A stretch of DNA of 58,566 bases from a virus (taxonomy: Duplodnaviria; Heunggongvirae; Uroviricota; Caudoviricetes): the IMG/VR virus record IMGVR_UViG_3300043425_000840, one strand, 5' to 3'. A program made the translations under genes and the position numbers. Below are positions 47,245-56,340 of this stretch, piece after piece (the stretch's first letter is position 1; each line of letters starts with the position of its first letter). The notes beneath the pieces were generated by a model, which worked only from the letters and a program-made list of their open reading frames with translations, did not search any database and was not told where the DNA came from.

Positions 47245-48266
47245 AAATAGTACACACATACATACAAACAGGAAATAGCGGTCCATTAAATAAGAATATA
47301 TTTTATTTGATGTCATTATCTCTATTGTTGGCTAAAAGACATTATGGGTATGTTGTATTGTATACAAATCAAGAGGTAGGAGATATTGTTAAAAAGATAG
47401 GTTTACCCTATGATGAAATTAATACTGATGTTTTGAAAGATGTGAATGTTAAAACCTTTTCAGTACCTAAATTAGTTGTTTATTCACAACAAACTGAACC
47501 TTACATTCACATTGATTTAGATACTTTTATTTTTAAAAAGATATTCTTCAATGATTTTGAAAACATATACTCAACATTTGCTGAAGGTAGTGGTGATATA
47601 CTTAATTTTGAAAAAACAAACACTTCTTTTTATACAACATATGTAAAGAGAAGTTTTGAAATCCAAAGTAAGTTACCTGAAGAGTTTTTAAAATACGTTA
47701 AGTTTAATAATGTTCCGAATATGTCGGTATTTGGAGGACATAACTTTGAATTGATTAAAGAATCTTCAAAATACTGTTTAGAACTATATCAAAACCACAC
47801 TGACTTTTTTGATTCAAATTATTATAACGCTTGTATCATTGAACAACTATTCATTCCTGCTGCTATGAGAATGATAAAGGGTGACCACAATTTAGAAAAC
47901 TTTAAATTTCTATTTGAACATAACCCGACCTATATTGAGTTTAGTAAAGGTAAAGATTGGGATTTCCCTTTTGGTATTAGAAGTGGGGAAGATTTAACTA
48001 TGGTTGATGATTACCACAATTTATTTAAAAGAGTGATGTTTGATTTTAATGGATTTTTACATCTTAACGGATATAAAAATTTTGAAGAGATTATTTTCTT
48101 AATAAAAGAACGCATCATTGAAGATTTTAATGGTCTAAACTACATTGCAATTATTGATAATATGTTTCCTAAACAGACAAAGTCTGATGAAATTAGTTTA
48201 ATGTACTATAAGTACTTATTATCATTGACCAACAGACTTAACGGTCTAATAATGAAAACCAAATAA
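47241..48266 (+). CDS. Putative DxD nucleotide-sugar transferase (DUF6734-like)
   Basis: SLLLAKRHYG.V.LYT, PKL..YSQQTEPYIHIDLD, NMSVFGG and IEQ. Confidence 0.55.
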   Translation: MKIVHTYIQTGNSGPLNKNIFYLMSLSLLLAKRHYGYVVLYTNQEVGDIVKKIGLPYDEINTDVLKDVNVKTFSVPKLVVYSQQTEPYIHIDLDTFIFKKIFFNDFENIYSTFAEGSGDILNFEKTNTSFYTTYVKRSFEIQSKLPEEFLKYVKFNNVPNMSVFGGHNFELIKESSKYCLELYQNHTDFFDSNYYNACIIEQLFIPAAMRMIKGDHNLENFKFLFEHNPTYIEFSKGKDWDFPFGIRSGEDLTMVDDYHNLFKRVMFDFNGFLHLNGYKNFEEIIFLIKERIIEDFNGLNYIAIIDNMFPKQTKSDEISLMYYKYLLSLTNRLNGLIMKTK

Positions 48267-48275
48267 TTATAATAG

Positions 48276-49913
48276 ATGTATATTATTGGAGTATCCGCAT
48301 ATTATCACGATTCTTCTGCTTGTCTTTTTAAAGATGGGGAATTAGTCTTTGCTTGTGAGGAAGAAAAGTTCACTGGAATCAAACACGATAGTTCGTTTCC
48401 AAATAACACTATTGATTATATTTTTAATCATTTCGATTTAAAAAAATCAGACATCGAGGCGGTTTGTTATTATGAGAACCCAAAACTCAGGTTCAAAAGA
48501 AGGAAGTCGTTTTTCACTTCATTAAAAACCAACATCAAAGTTTGGTGGAATTTAAGAAAGATATCTGATAAGATACATTATACCTCACATCATATGTCAC
48601 ATATGGCCTATTCGTATTTATCATCGAATTTTGATAAAGCGGTTATAGTATCTGTTGACGGTGTTGGTGAAACTTCAACGGTTTCATTTGGTAAAGGTAT
48701 TAATGGGGTAGTTCATAATATTAAGACAATTGAATATCCTGATTCGTTAGGGTTGTATTACTCAGCAATGACCGCCTTTTTAGGTTTTAAACCAAACGAA
48801 GGTGAGTATAAGGTAATGGGTTTGGCTGCATATGGTGACCCCGAAAGATTTAGAAGTAAAGTTGCTCAATTAATTAATTTTGACGGATATAAATTATCCT
48901 GTAATATGGATTGTTTCATATGGAATAAATCCGACGACACAATGTTTAATCACAAATTAGGTGATTTATTAGGTATTGAAAATAGATTACCAAATACCCC
49001 TCTTACTGAAGACCACAAAGATTTAGCAGCGTCAGTACAAGAAAGATATGAAGAGTTGTTTTTTCAATTAATAAAAGATGCAAAATTGTTTTATCATTCA
49101 GATAACATTTGTATTGGTGGAGGTTGTGCATATAATGGATGTGCTAATGGTAAAATAATTAAAAACGGAATTTTTAAGAAGGTATGGGTACCACCAGCAC
49201 CTTCTGATGCGGGTTCTTGTATTGGTTCTTGTTTAGATTATTTATCTAAAGTTAAAGGTCTTAATGTTAGAGTTACACCAACACCATTTTTAGGTCCTTC
49301 TTATAGTCATAATGAAATTCAAAACACATTAAACAAATACGGACATAAAATATTTTACAGAAAACACACAAAAGAAAGATTATATAAAAGAACCGCACAA
49401 TATCTAAGTATGGGGTTAGTTGTTGGGTGGTTCCAAGATAAGATTGAATTTGGTGCAAGGGCGTTAGGTAATAGGTCAATATTGGCAAACCCAACAGTAC
49501 CTGATATGCAAGCGAGAATTAATAAAGTAATTAAAAAAAGAGAAGGATTTAGACCATTTGCACCTATGGTGACGTTCGAACGTCAAAGTGAATTCTTTGA
49601 TTCAAAAGAATATATCCCATATATGAATCAAGTGGTTAATGTGTTGAAAAAATATAGAGATAAATTACCTGCAGTTACTCACGTTGACGGTAGTGCAAGA
49701 GTACAATCCGTAACACCACACAACCCAATTTACCCATTATTAAAAGAATTTGAAGAAAGAACTGATTACCCAATATTATTAAACACATCTTTCAATGTTA
49801 AAGATAAAACAATGGTTTTAACACCTGAGGATGCTATATTAACATATTTGGATACCGCTATGGATATATTGGTAATTGGTGATTATATTATTTATAAAAA
49901 CGGAAACAAATGA
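48276..49913 (+). CDS. O-carbamoyltransferase (NodU/CmcH/TobZ family)
   Basis: HDSSACL, EEEKF..IKH, HHMSH, VDGVGE, GEYKVMGLA.YG, GGCAYN, EFGARALGNRSILA, RPFAP, THVDGSARVQ and LNTSFN. Confidence 0.95.
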   Translation: MYIIGVSAYYHDSSACLFKDGELVFACEEEKFTGIKHDSSFPNNTIDYIFNHFDLKKSDIEAVCYYENPKLRFKRRKSFFTSLKTNIKVWWNLRKISDKIHYTSHHMSHMAYSYLSSNFDKAVIVSVDGVGETSTVSFGKGINGVVHNIKTIEYPDSLGLYYSAMTAFLGFKPNEGEYKVMGLAAYGDPERFRSKVAQLINFDGYKLSCNMDCFIWNKSDDTMFNHKLGDLLGIENRLPNTPLTEDHKDLAASVQERYEELFFQLIKDAKLFYHSDNICIGGGCAYNGCANGKIIKNGIFKKVWVPPAPSDAGSCIGSCLDYLSKVKGLNVRVTPTPFLGPSYSHNEIQNTLNKYGHKIFYRKHTKERLYKRTAQYLSMGLVVGWFQDKIEFGARALGNRSILANPTVPDMQARINKVIKKREGFRPFAPMVTFERQSEFFDSKEYIPYMNQVVNVLKKYRDKLPAVTHVDGSARVQSVTPHNPIYPLLKEFEERTDYPILLNTSFNVKDKTMVLTPEDAILTYLDTAMDILVIGDYIIYKNGNK

Positions 49914-50026
49914 AAACATTTATTGGATGGTTAACCCACAAATGGGTAGAATGGAAAAAGAAAAAAGAATTCAAAAAGAAATTAGCGGAACTTAAAAAAA
50001 GAGACCCATTCATTTATAAACATTAA
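49910..50026 (+). CDS. 38-aa basic peptide ending RDPFIYKH
   Basis: Hand-translated MKTFIGWLTHKWVEWKKKKEFKKKLAELKKRDPFIYKH; ATGA-coupled to the carbamoyltransferase. Not in the ORF track. Confidence 0.65.
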   Translation: MKTFIGWLTHKWVEWKKKKEFKKKLAELKKRDPFIYKH

Positions 50027-50027
50027 T

Positions 50028-50618
50028 ATGCGGGATTATCTAATCTACGTTATATCATTAAAAAGTGATATTGAGAGAAGAAAGCATATGAATGATTTAA
50101 TGACAAAACTCGAACTCGACTATCAATTTTTCGATGCAATAGATGTGAGTGATATCTCAGATGATGATATAACTAATAAATTTAGTGATGTTGATTATTT
50201 TCAATATGACCTCAATCATCGAGCAGTGATGGCAACGCTATTATCACACGTAGAAGTAATCAAAATTGCAAATCAAAGAAATTCAAATATATTAATATTC
50301 GAAGACGATATAGGTGTCAACGAACATTTCGATTTTAATAGTGTAAATTTTAACGACTTTGATGTATTAAACATCGGTTCAGACGGAAAGAAAACAATTG
50401 ATTGTCACTCATATTTCGTATCTTTAAATGGTACGAAAAAAATTTTAAATCATTTTGACAGTAACAAAATAACACAAGCATTTGATTGGGAAATGGTTAA
50501 GGTTAATGATTTAATTTTAAAGTTCGTAAACAAACCATTTTTCACACAATTAAAAGATAAATTCATCTCAAACTTAGCTCCGAATGGATATGAAAATAAT
50601 AAGATGTCTTTGGGGTAA
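50028..50618 (+). CDS. Glycosyltransferase family 25
   Basis: YVISL..IERR..M, FFDAID, LSH..I, LIFEDD and HSYFVS..G.KK. Confidence 0.85.
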   Translation: MRDYLIYVISLKSDIERRKHMNDLMTKLELDYQFFDAIDVSDISDDDITNKFSDVDYFQYDLNHRAVMATLLSHVEVIKIANQRNSNILIFEDDIGVNEHFDFNSVNFNDFDVLNIGSDGKKTIDCHSYFVSLNGTKKILNHFDSNKITQAFDWEMVKVNDLILKFVNKPFFTQLKDKFISNLAPNGYENNKMSLG

Positions 50619-51375
50619 AAACAATCATCAGTTTTTTGAAAAGAACTTGAATTCTTATTTAGATGAGTGTTTGAGAGCGAAAGAGATTGACGAGAAATAC
50701 AACTTAAATAATCAATTGGTAATTGTTTGGGATAGAAACAATTGTGAATTTTTAGAAAAACTTGGATACTCATATCATTATATGGGAGAAAGTTTGGAAA
50801 TGAATATCGAGTTTAACTTTTTTCATAAAATATTGGCATTAGAATATGCTATGGAAACGTACGATGAGATATTGTTCCTTGATTGGGACTGTGAAATTCA
50901 AAAACCTTTAGATGAGAATTTTTATAATCTATTAAGAAATAAGAATGATATACAGATACCTTTATATTTCTACCCAAATCAAATATTAAAAGAATATCAA
51001 ACAATCAGTCCTTTCGTTAATAATGGACAACATTATTACAATATGTTCTTTTATCAGATGTTATATAGAGGTAAGTGGAAATTTAGTGATGGACTAACAA
51101 TCCCAAACGCAGGGTTTATATACTGTAGAAATAAACAATTCTTTAAAGAATTAATAAAAATCCAAAGAGAATATGGAATAGTATCTAATATCGAAGAGAT
51201 ATGTGCAATGATTTATTTTAATAAGTTTATCAATACCACAGATGAATACCTTGATAAAATTGAACCTGTAGTATGTTTGGGTAAAGACGATTTGGAAATG
51301 AAGGAAAAACAAATAATTCTTAATAGATATTCAATTGACAAATTGAATAAAGATATCTATTTTATTCACGAATAG
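50584..51375 (+). CDS. Putative DxD nucleotide-sugar transferase
   Basis: HKILAL...EILFLDWD and PNAGFIY. An alternative start is at 50590. Confidence 0.55.
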   Translation: MDMKIIRCLWGKNNHQFFEKNLNSYLDECLRAKEIDEKYNLNNQLVIVWDRNNCEFLEKLGYSYHYMGESLEMNIEFNFFHKILALEYAMETYDEILFLDWDCEIQKPLDENFYNLLRNKNDIQIPLYFYPNQILKEYQTISPFVNNGQHYYNMFFYQMLYRGKWKFSDGLTIPNAGFIYCRNKQFFKELIKIQREYGIVSNIEEICAMIYFNKFINTTDEYLDKIEPVVCLGKDDLEMKEKQIILNRYSIDKLNKDIYFIHE

Positions 51376-51376
51376 T

Positions 51377-52312
51377 ATGAAGATAATTTTCGTAAATTGG
51401 ACAAAACCATTTTTTCATCGAGACAAATTCAATGGATATAAAAAGGATATAACTTTAGATGGTGATGTCAATGAATATCATTTACAACCGTACGAATTAT
51501 ATATGCAGTTGGCAGCTATCACCAGCGCTAAGAAATATGGTGGGGTACCTGTTAAATTATATACCGACACTGTTGGTTATGACTATTATAAAAAAATCGG
51601 ATTTTCCGATTTATTTGATGAAATTGATACTGATGTATTAGATAAGTTAGATAAGACATTGGTAAACCCAGCACAATTTTGGACTAGTGGTAAAATATTC
51701 TCAATTTGTCACGAAAAACCACCATTTCTATTTTTGGATTTAGATTTAATTATCAAAACACCATTACCAAAATGGTTATTTCAATATGATGTAGTTCACA
51801 CCCATTGGGAACTCTTAAGGGGTTTTATGTATATCCACGATTACCAATTAAATGAGGTTAAATTGAATATGCCGGAGTTTGAAGAAAGAATGGCAATTCC
51901 AAATACATCTTTTCTTTTTGTTAACAATAAGAAAATGTTAACCAAGTATAAGGAACTTCATATGAGAATTGTTAATAAAACATATGATAAGGTTTTGGAT
52001 TGGTTGTGGTTAATGTCGGACCAAAACATATTAGGTTACACTATTAGACACTTAGATTTACACGTCGGGGACGTTGAAAATAAGATATTCATTCAATTCG
52101 CGGACCCACAAAGTAATCAAGCAAAAAAGGGATATATTAATGATTGGATGGAATACGATAGATGTAGTCACAACACTCCAAAAATAGAATACGAACACGT
52201 TTGGTTGAAGAAATCCCATATTATTAGAAACGAAGAATATCGATTGGAAAAAATCGAGGAATGGAAAAATATTATTGTATCAAATGGATACAAAGACTAT
52301 TTGACTTTTTAG
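51377..52312 (+). CDS. Putative DxD nucleotide-sugar transferase (DUF6734-like paralog)
   Basis: SAKKYG.VKLYTD, FWTSGKI..PFLFLDLD, PNTSF and SDQ. Confidence 0.55.
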   Translation: MKIIFVNWTKPFFHRDKFNGYKKDITLDGDVNEYHLQPYELYMQLAAITSAKKYGGVPVKLYTDTVGYDYYKKIGFSDLFDEIDTDVLDKLDKTLVNPAQFWTSGKIFSICHEKPPFLFLDLDLIIKTPLPKWLFQYDVVHTHWELLRGFMYIHDYQLNEVKLNMPEFEERMAIPNTSFLFVNNKKMLTKYKELHMRIVNKTYDKVLDWLWLMSDQNILGYTIRHLDLHVGDVENKIFIQFADPQSNQAKKGYINDWMEYDRCSHNTPKIEYEHVWLKKSHIIRNEEYRLEKIEEWKNIIVSNGYKDYLTF

Positions 52313-52331
52313 TTTTTTTTCGTTACATTAT
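52300..52331 (+). promoter_or_regulatory. Bacteroidota sigmaA-like promoter (TTTG-N20-TACATTAT)
   Basis: Exact -33 TTTG and 20-nt spacer, 5 nt before the cysC ATG. Confidence 0.5.
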
Positions 52332-52336
52332 ATCAT

Positions 52337-52771
52337 ATGATTTATTGGTTTACAGGACAACCTGGTGCAGGTAAAACAACCTTAGCTAAAAAGTTAGTTG
52401 AGTATTTAAATGTTGGAAACACTATTCACATTGATGGTGACGATTTAAGAGACATCTTTAAAAATAAAGATTATTCTGAAAATGGAAGACGTGCAAATAT
52501 TCAAAAGGCTATGGATATTGCACACTTTCTAAATGAAAAAGGATACAATGTGGTGGCGTCGTTAGTGTCACCATATAAAGATTTAAGGGATGACCTTAAA
52601 GGTAAATCCGGTGCAATTGAAATATACGTTCATACAACTGAGATTAGAGGTAGGGAAAACTTTCACGTTAAGGACTACGAACCCCCAACCGAAAATTATA
52701 TATCAATTAACACAACTGATACCGAATTAATGGTATCGTACACGGAATTAATCAATAAATTATTTTTATGA
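52337..52771 (+). CDS. cysC: Adenylylsulfate (APS) kinase
   Basis: WFTGQPGAGKTT, IDGDDLR, YS..GR..NI, SLVSPY..R, IEIYV and YEPP. Confidence 0.9.
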   Translation: MIYWFTGQPGAGKTTLAKKLVEYLNVGNTIHIDGDDLRDIFKNKDYSENGRRANIQKAMDIAHFLNEKGYNVVASLVSPYKDLRDDLKGKSGAIEIYVHTTEIRGRENFHVKDYEPPTENYISINTTDTELMVSYTELINKLFL

Positions 52772-53130
52772 GTAAAAAGTATGCACTGTACATCGGAAGA
52801 TGGCAGAATTGGCACAAAGGACACGAATGGTTAATTAGACAACAATTAGACCAAGGTAAAAATGTATGGGTTGCAATTAGAGATGTTGAAGTTGATGAAA
52901 ACAATCCCAAAACGGCACGAGAAGTGTTTGAAGAATTAATTAAAGAACCTTTCTTTAATGACAATTTTGATAAGTTATTATTATCCATTATTCCTGACAT
53001 TGAGTCGGTGAATTATGGTAGAGGTGTTGGGTATGAAGTAATCTATCACGAACCACCAGCAGATGTTGCGGTTATAAGTGGTACTAAAATTCGTAATGGA
53101 GAAATAAACAACGATGGTAGTAGAACGTAA
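52768..53130 (+). CDS. Minimal HxGH nucleotidyltransferase (cytidylyltransferase-like; candidate ATP sulfurylase)
   Basis: IGRWQNWHKGH and ISGTKIR; ATGA-coupled to cysC. Confidence 0.7.
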   Translation: MSKKYALYIGRWQNWHKGHEWLIRQQLDQGKNVWVAIRDVEVDENNPKTAREVFEELIKEPFFNDNFDKLLLSIIPDIESVNYGRGVGYEVIYHEPPADVAVISGTKIRNGEINNDGSRT

Positions 53131-53335
53131 ACGACATATAGCTAAAACTATATCCTACAGAGTTATAAGTACATTAATTGGATTTGTAATAATGTGGTGG
53201 GTTAGTAGTGATATTAAAGTCGGAGCGGCATTTGGTATAGCTGAACTTGTATATAAACCAATTCAATATTATATTCACGAAAGGATATGGTATAAGTGGA
53301 TAAAATTTGGATTAAGAAAGGAAAATGACAAATAA
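53114..53335 (+). CDS. DUF2061-like small membrane protein
   Basis: RHIAKTISYRVIST...YYIHERIW. Confidence 0.75.
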   Translation: MVVERKRHIAKTISYRVISTLIGFVIMWWVSSDIKVGAAFGIAELVYKPIQYYIHERIWYKWIKFGLRKENDK

Positions 53336-53873
53336 TGAATTCTACATATTTGAAAACTTTTTATCAAATGATGAATGTCATTATGTGTTAAACAAGTGTC
53401 ACAAAGAATTAACATTAGAAACTGCGGGAGTTGCGAACGGAAATCCGAACGAAAGAAAATCTTCAGTATCTTGGATTGATGATTTGGGTGATATTAATAT
53501 CAGATTAAAAGAAATATTAAGAGAATCTTTTAAATTGAACGGAGCCGAGGTCACAGGTCTCGGCTCTTTTCAATTTACAGAGTATAAAGTTGGTGAGTAT
53601 TATGGTTGGCACACCGATAGAGATTCAAATACTTTTAAAGAAAGAATTGTGTCAACAGTTATTCTTTTAAATGATAACTACGAAGGTGGATTTTTAGAAA
53701 TAAAAGATTCGAAAGGTGACGTTGTACCTTCACAAAAAAGAGCAGGTACATTATATGTTTTTGAATCAGGTTTAAGACATAGAGTTACTCCTGTTGAATC
53801 GGGTACAAGGTACTCATTAGTAAATTGGGTGTCGATTGTTAAGACCACCACAAATAAACAAAATCTAATATGA
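53325..53873 (+). CDS. 2OG-Fe(II) oxygenase (prolyl-4-hydroxylase-like); C-terminal KQNLI
   Basis: FLSNDEC, YYGWHTD (HxD), LNDNYEGG, HRVTPVESGTRYSLVNW. Confidence 0.9.
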   Translation: MTNNEFYIFENFLSNDECHYVLNKCHKELTLETAGVANGNPNERKSSVSWIDDLGDINIRLKEILRESFKLNGAEVTGLGSFQFTEYKVGEYYGWHTDRDSNTFKERIVSTVILLNDNYEGGFLEIKDSKGDVVPSQKRAGTLYVFESGLRHRVTPVESGTRYSLVNWVSIVKTTTNKQNLI

Positions 53874-55114
53874 AAAAAGTTGTAATAATTGGAGGAGGTA
53901 CTGCTGGTTGGTTAACCTCTTTGGTTGTAAATAAATTTTGGAAGGATACTAATGTCACATTAGTGGAGAGTTCTAAAATTGGGATATTAGGGGCTGGCGA
54001 AGGAGGAACTTCCAACTTCGGTAAAATGCTTTCATTGTTAGATATTAATCAGAATGAATTTTTCGAGAAAACTAAATCAACAGTAAAAGGTGGATTACAC
54101 TTATATAATTGGACGGGTAATAATGAGTTATCAAAACACCTCTTCTTTGGTGACGGACCGAATGAAATTAACAAATCATATGCTTACCATTTTGACGCGA
54201 GATTAGTTGCCCAATACTTTAAAGAAATTGCAATTAATAGAGGAGTTAACTGTGTTGATGGTGAGGTAAGTGAAATAAAAAATGAAAATAGTATTATTTC
54301 AGAATTACAATTGAAAGATGGTAGAACCATAGATTTAGATTTTGTATTTGATTGTAGTGGGTTCGCTAAAATTATCATTGATGGTGTACATAAAGAAGAG
54401 TGGATTGGATATACTGATTACTTGATGATGAATAAGGCGTTAGCGTTCTTTTTACCACAAGAAAACAAATACCAACTAAACGATAAGACATATACCGAAA
54501 TGATATCAATGGATTGTGGATGGATGTTTAAAATTCCATTACAACATAGATGGGGTTGTGGTTATGTTTTCAATGACAAATACATAACTGTTGAAGATGC
54601 CAAGAAAGAGATTGAAAAACGATTAGGTCACGAAGTAACGTTACAAAAAGTATTTGACTTTAACCCCGGTACACATAAAAGAAGTTGGATTGGGAATAGT
54701 ATATCAATAGGACTATCTTATGGGTTTATTGAACCTTTAGAAGCAACATCTTTGATGTCAACCATAATGCAGTTAAAGAAGTTAATTGATTTTAACTTTG
54801 ATGAACAATATGTCGAGAGGTATAATAAATGGTGCTACCAAATAAATGAACAAAATCTAAATTTCATAAGATATCATTATTTGTGTGAGAGAGATGACAA
54901 CCAATTTTGGAAAGACTGTACATCAATGCCGATACCTCCAAAACTAAAAAAGATATTAGACAAAAATAACTCAATCACAGTTAGAAGTGATATGGAATTA
55001 TTATCATCGTTCGAATTGGAAGATATTACACCAAATGAGCTTACTTTTTTTGTAAACAATTATTTAACCATTTTTAGAAAAAACAGAAAAGTACTTAAAA
55101 AAGAATTGATATAA
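53870..55114 (+). CDS. Tryptophan-halogenase-like flavoprotein (PrnA family); C-terminal KKELI
   Basis: IIGGGTAGW, GAGEG, YHFDAR, FDCSGF, GWMFKIPL (WxWxIP variant), GLSYGFIEPLEATS. Confidence 0.85.
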   Translation: MKKVVIIGGGTAGWLTSLVVNKFWKDTNVTLVESSKIGILGAGEGGTSNFGKMLSLLDINQNEFFEKTKSTVKGGLHLYNWTGNNELSKHLFFGDGPNEINKSYAYHFDARLVAQYFKEIAINRGVNCVDGEVSEIKNENSIISELQLKDGRTIDLDFVFDCSGFAKIIIDGVHKEEWIGYTDYLMMNKALAFFLPQENKYQLNDKTYTEMISMDCGWMFKIPLQHRWGCGYVFNDKYITVEDAKKEIEKRLGHEVTLQKVFDFNPGTHKRSWIGNSISIGLSYGFIEPLEATSLMSTIMQLKKLIDFNFDEQYVERYNKWCYQINEQNLNFIRYHYLCERDDNQFWKDCTSMPIPPKLKKILDKNNSITVRSDMELLSSFELEDITPNELTFFVNNYLTIFRKNRKVLKKELI

Positions 55115-55115
55115 T

Positions 55116-55769
55116 ATGGAGAAATTATATTTTGATGATTCCACATATATTTGGAAAATTAAATTGAATAAGTTGTCCGATAAAGATACATTGTTGAAGG
55201 AGGCCAATTTTGTTATCGAATCCCAACCAGATATTAAGACTGATGGGTTTGGGTATAAAAAAGAATGGAACAACAATATAAATTTTACAGGTGAAATTAA
55301 TATTGAAACTAAAATGGATGAAATCATTCAAATAGGAATTGACCACTGTAAGGATTTATATAAAGAAAGGAACGTGGTATATAATAAAATTAATACCGAC
55401 GCTTGGGTTAATGTTGTCCGTTCAACTAACCCTGTACAAATACAATTCAAACACGAGGAATTAAAAGGGGTTGATAAATTTCACGTACACACAGACATAA
55501 ACAAAGAAATGAAATCTTTTATACCTCATTACACTTATGTTTATTATGTTCAAATGCCTGATGTTATGAATGGTGAGGATGGGGTACTTTATTTTAGAGG
55601 AAAGAATAATAAAGAATATTGGATTAGACCCGAGGAAGATGATTTGATTATTATGGAGGCGGATATGCCACATAGTCCAAATAACGCACCCAACTCAACC
55701 GTCGATAGAATTGTAATTGCTGGTAATGTTGGGTTTGATTATATAAAAAAAGAAAAATCTATAATATAA
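55116..55769 (+). CDS. Putative 2OG-Fe(II) oxygenase; C-terminal KSII
   Basis: AWVN, FHVHTD, YVYYVQMP..GVLYF, PH and RIVIAGN. Confidence 0.75.
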   Translation: MEKLYFDDSTYIWKIKLNKLSDKDTLLKEANFVIESQPDIKTDGFGYKKEWNNNINFTGEINIETKMDEIIQIGIDHCKDLYKERNVVYNKINTDAWVNVVRSTNPVQIQFKHEELKGVDKFHVHTDINKEMKSFIPHYTYVYYVQMPDVMNGEDGVLYFRGKNNKEYWIRPEEDDLIIMEADMPHSPNNAPNSTVDRIVIAGNVGFDYIKKEKSII

Positions 55770-55770
55770 A

Positions 55771-56340
55771 ATGTTTACGAGGTACATTGAAAATTTTTTA
55801 ACTCCTGATGAGTGTAAGTCTTTGATAAAGTTAGGTGAATCTATTGGGTTAATTCAAATGAAGTCATCACTTGTTATCAATGGAAAAGTAATGACTGAGA
55901 ATGTTGCGTACGAGGGTAATAAACGAATGGGTACTTATTTTACTAATGAAATGTTGGGTATACCAATATTGAAAAGTTTAACTGATAAAATCATCACATT
56001 ATCTAATGAATTGAATCCGTTTAATGGAATCACGTATAATCGAATACACAATTATTCATTTAATAGATACGGTGAGGGAGATTTTTTAGATTGGCATCCA
56101 GACAGTCACGAAATTGTAAATGGGGCAACAATAACCTATATAATTCAATTGAACGACCAATATGAGGATGGTGATGTAAAGTATATTGTAAATGAAATTG
56201 AACATTCAGTACCTAAAAAAGAAGGTAGCGTATTCATCTTCGATTCAAATATTGTACACTCTGTTAAAGAAATAACAAGTGGGGTTAGATATTCAATAAA
56301 CGTATGGCCCTCCAAACTAATTAAAAAATCATTAATCTAA
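55771..56340 (+). CDS. 2OG-Fe(II) oxygenase (P4H-like); C-terminal KKSLI
   Basis: FLTPDEC, FLDWHPD, LNDQYEDG, HSVKEITSGVRYS. Confidence 0.9.
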   Translation: MFTRYIENFLTPDECKSLIKLGESIGLIQMKSSLVINGKVMTENVAYEGNKRMGTYFTNEMLGIPILKSLTDKIITLSNELNPFNGITYNRIHNYSFNRYGEGDFLDWHPDSHEIVNGATITYIIQLNDQYEDGDVKYIVNEIEHSVPKKEGSVFIFDSNIVHSVKEITSGVRYSINVWPSKLIKKSLI

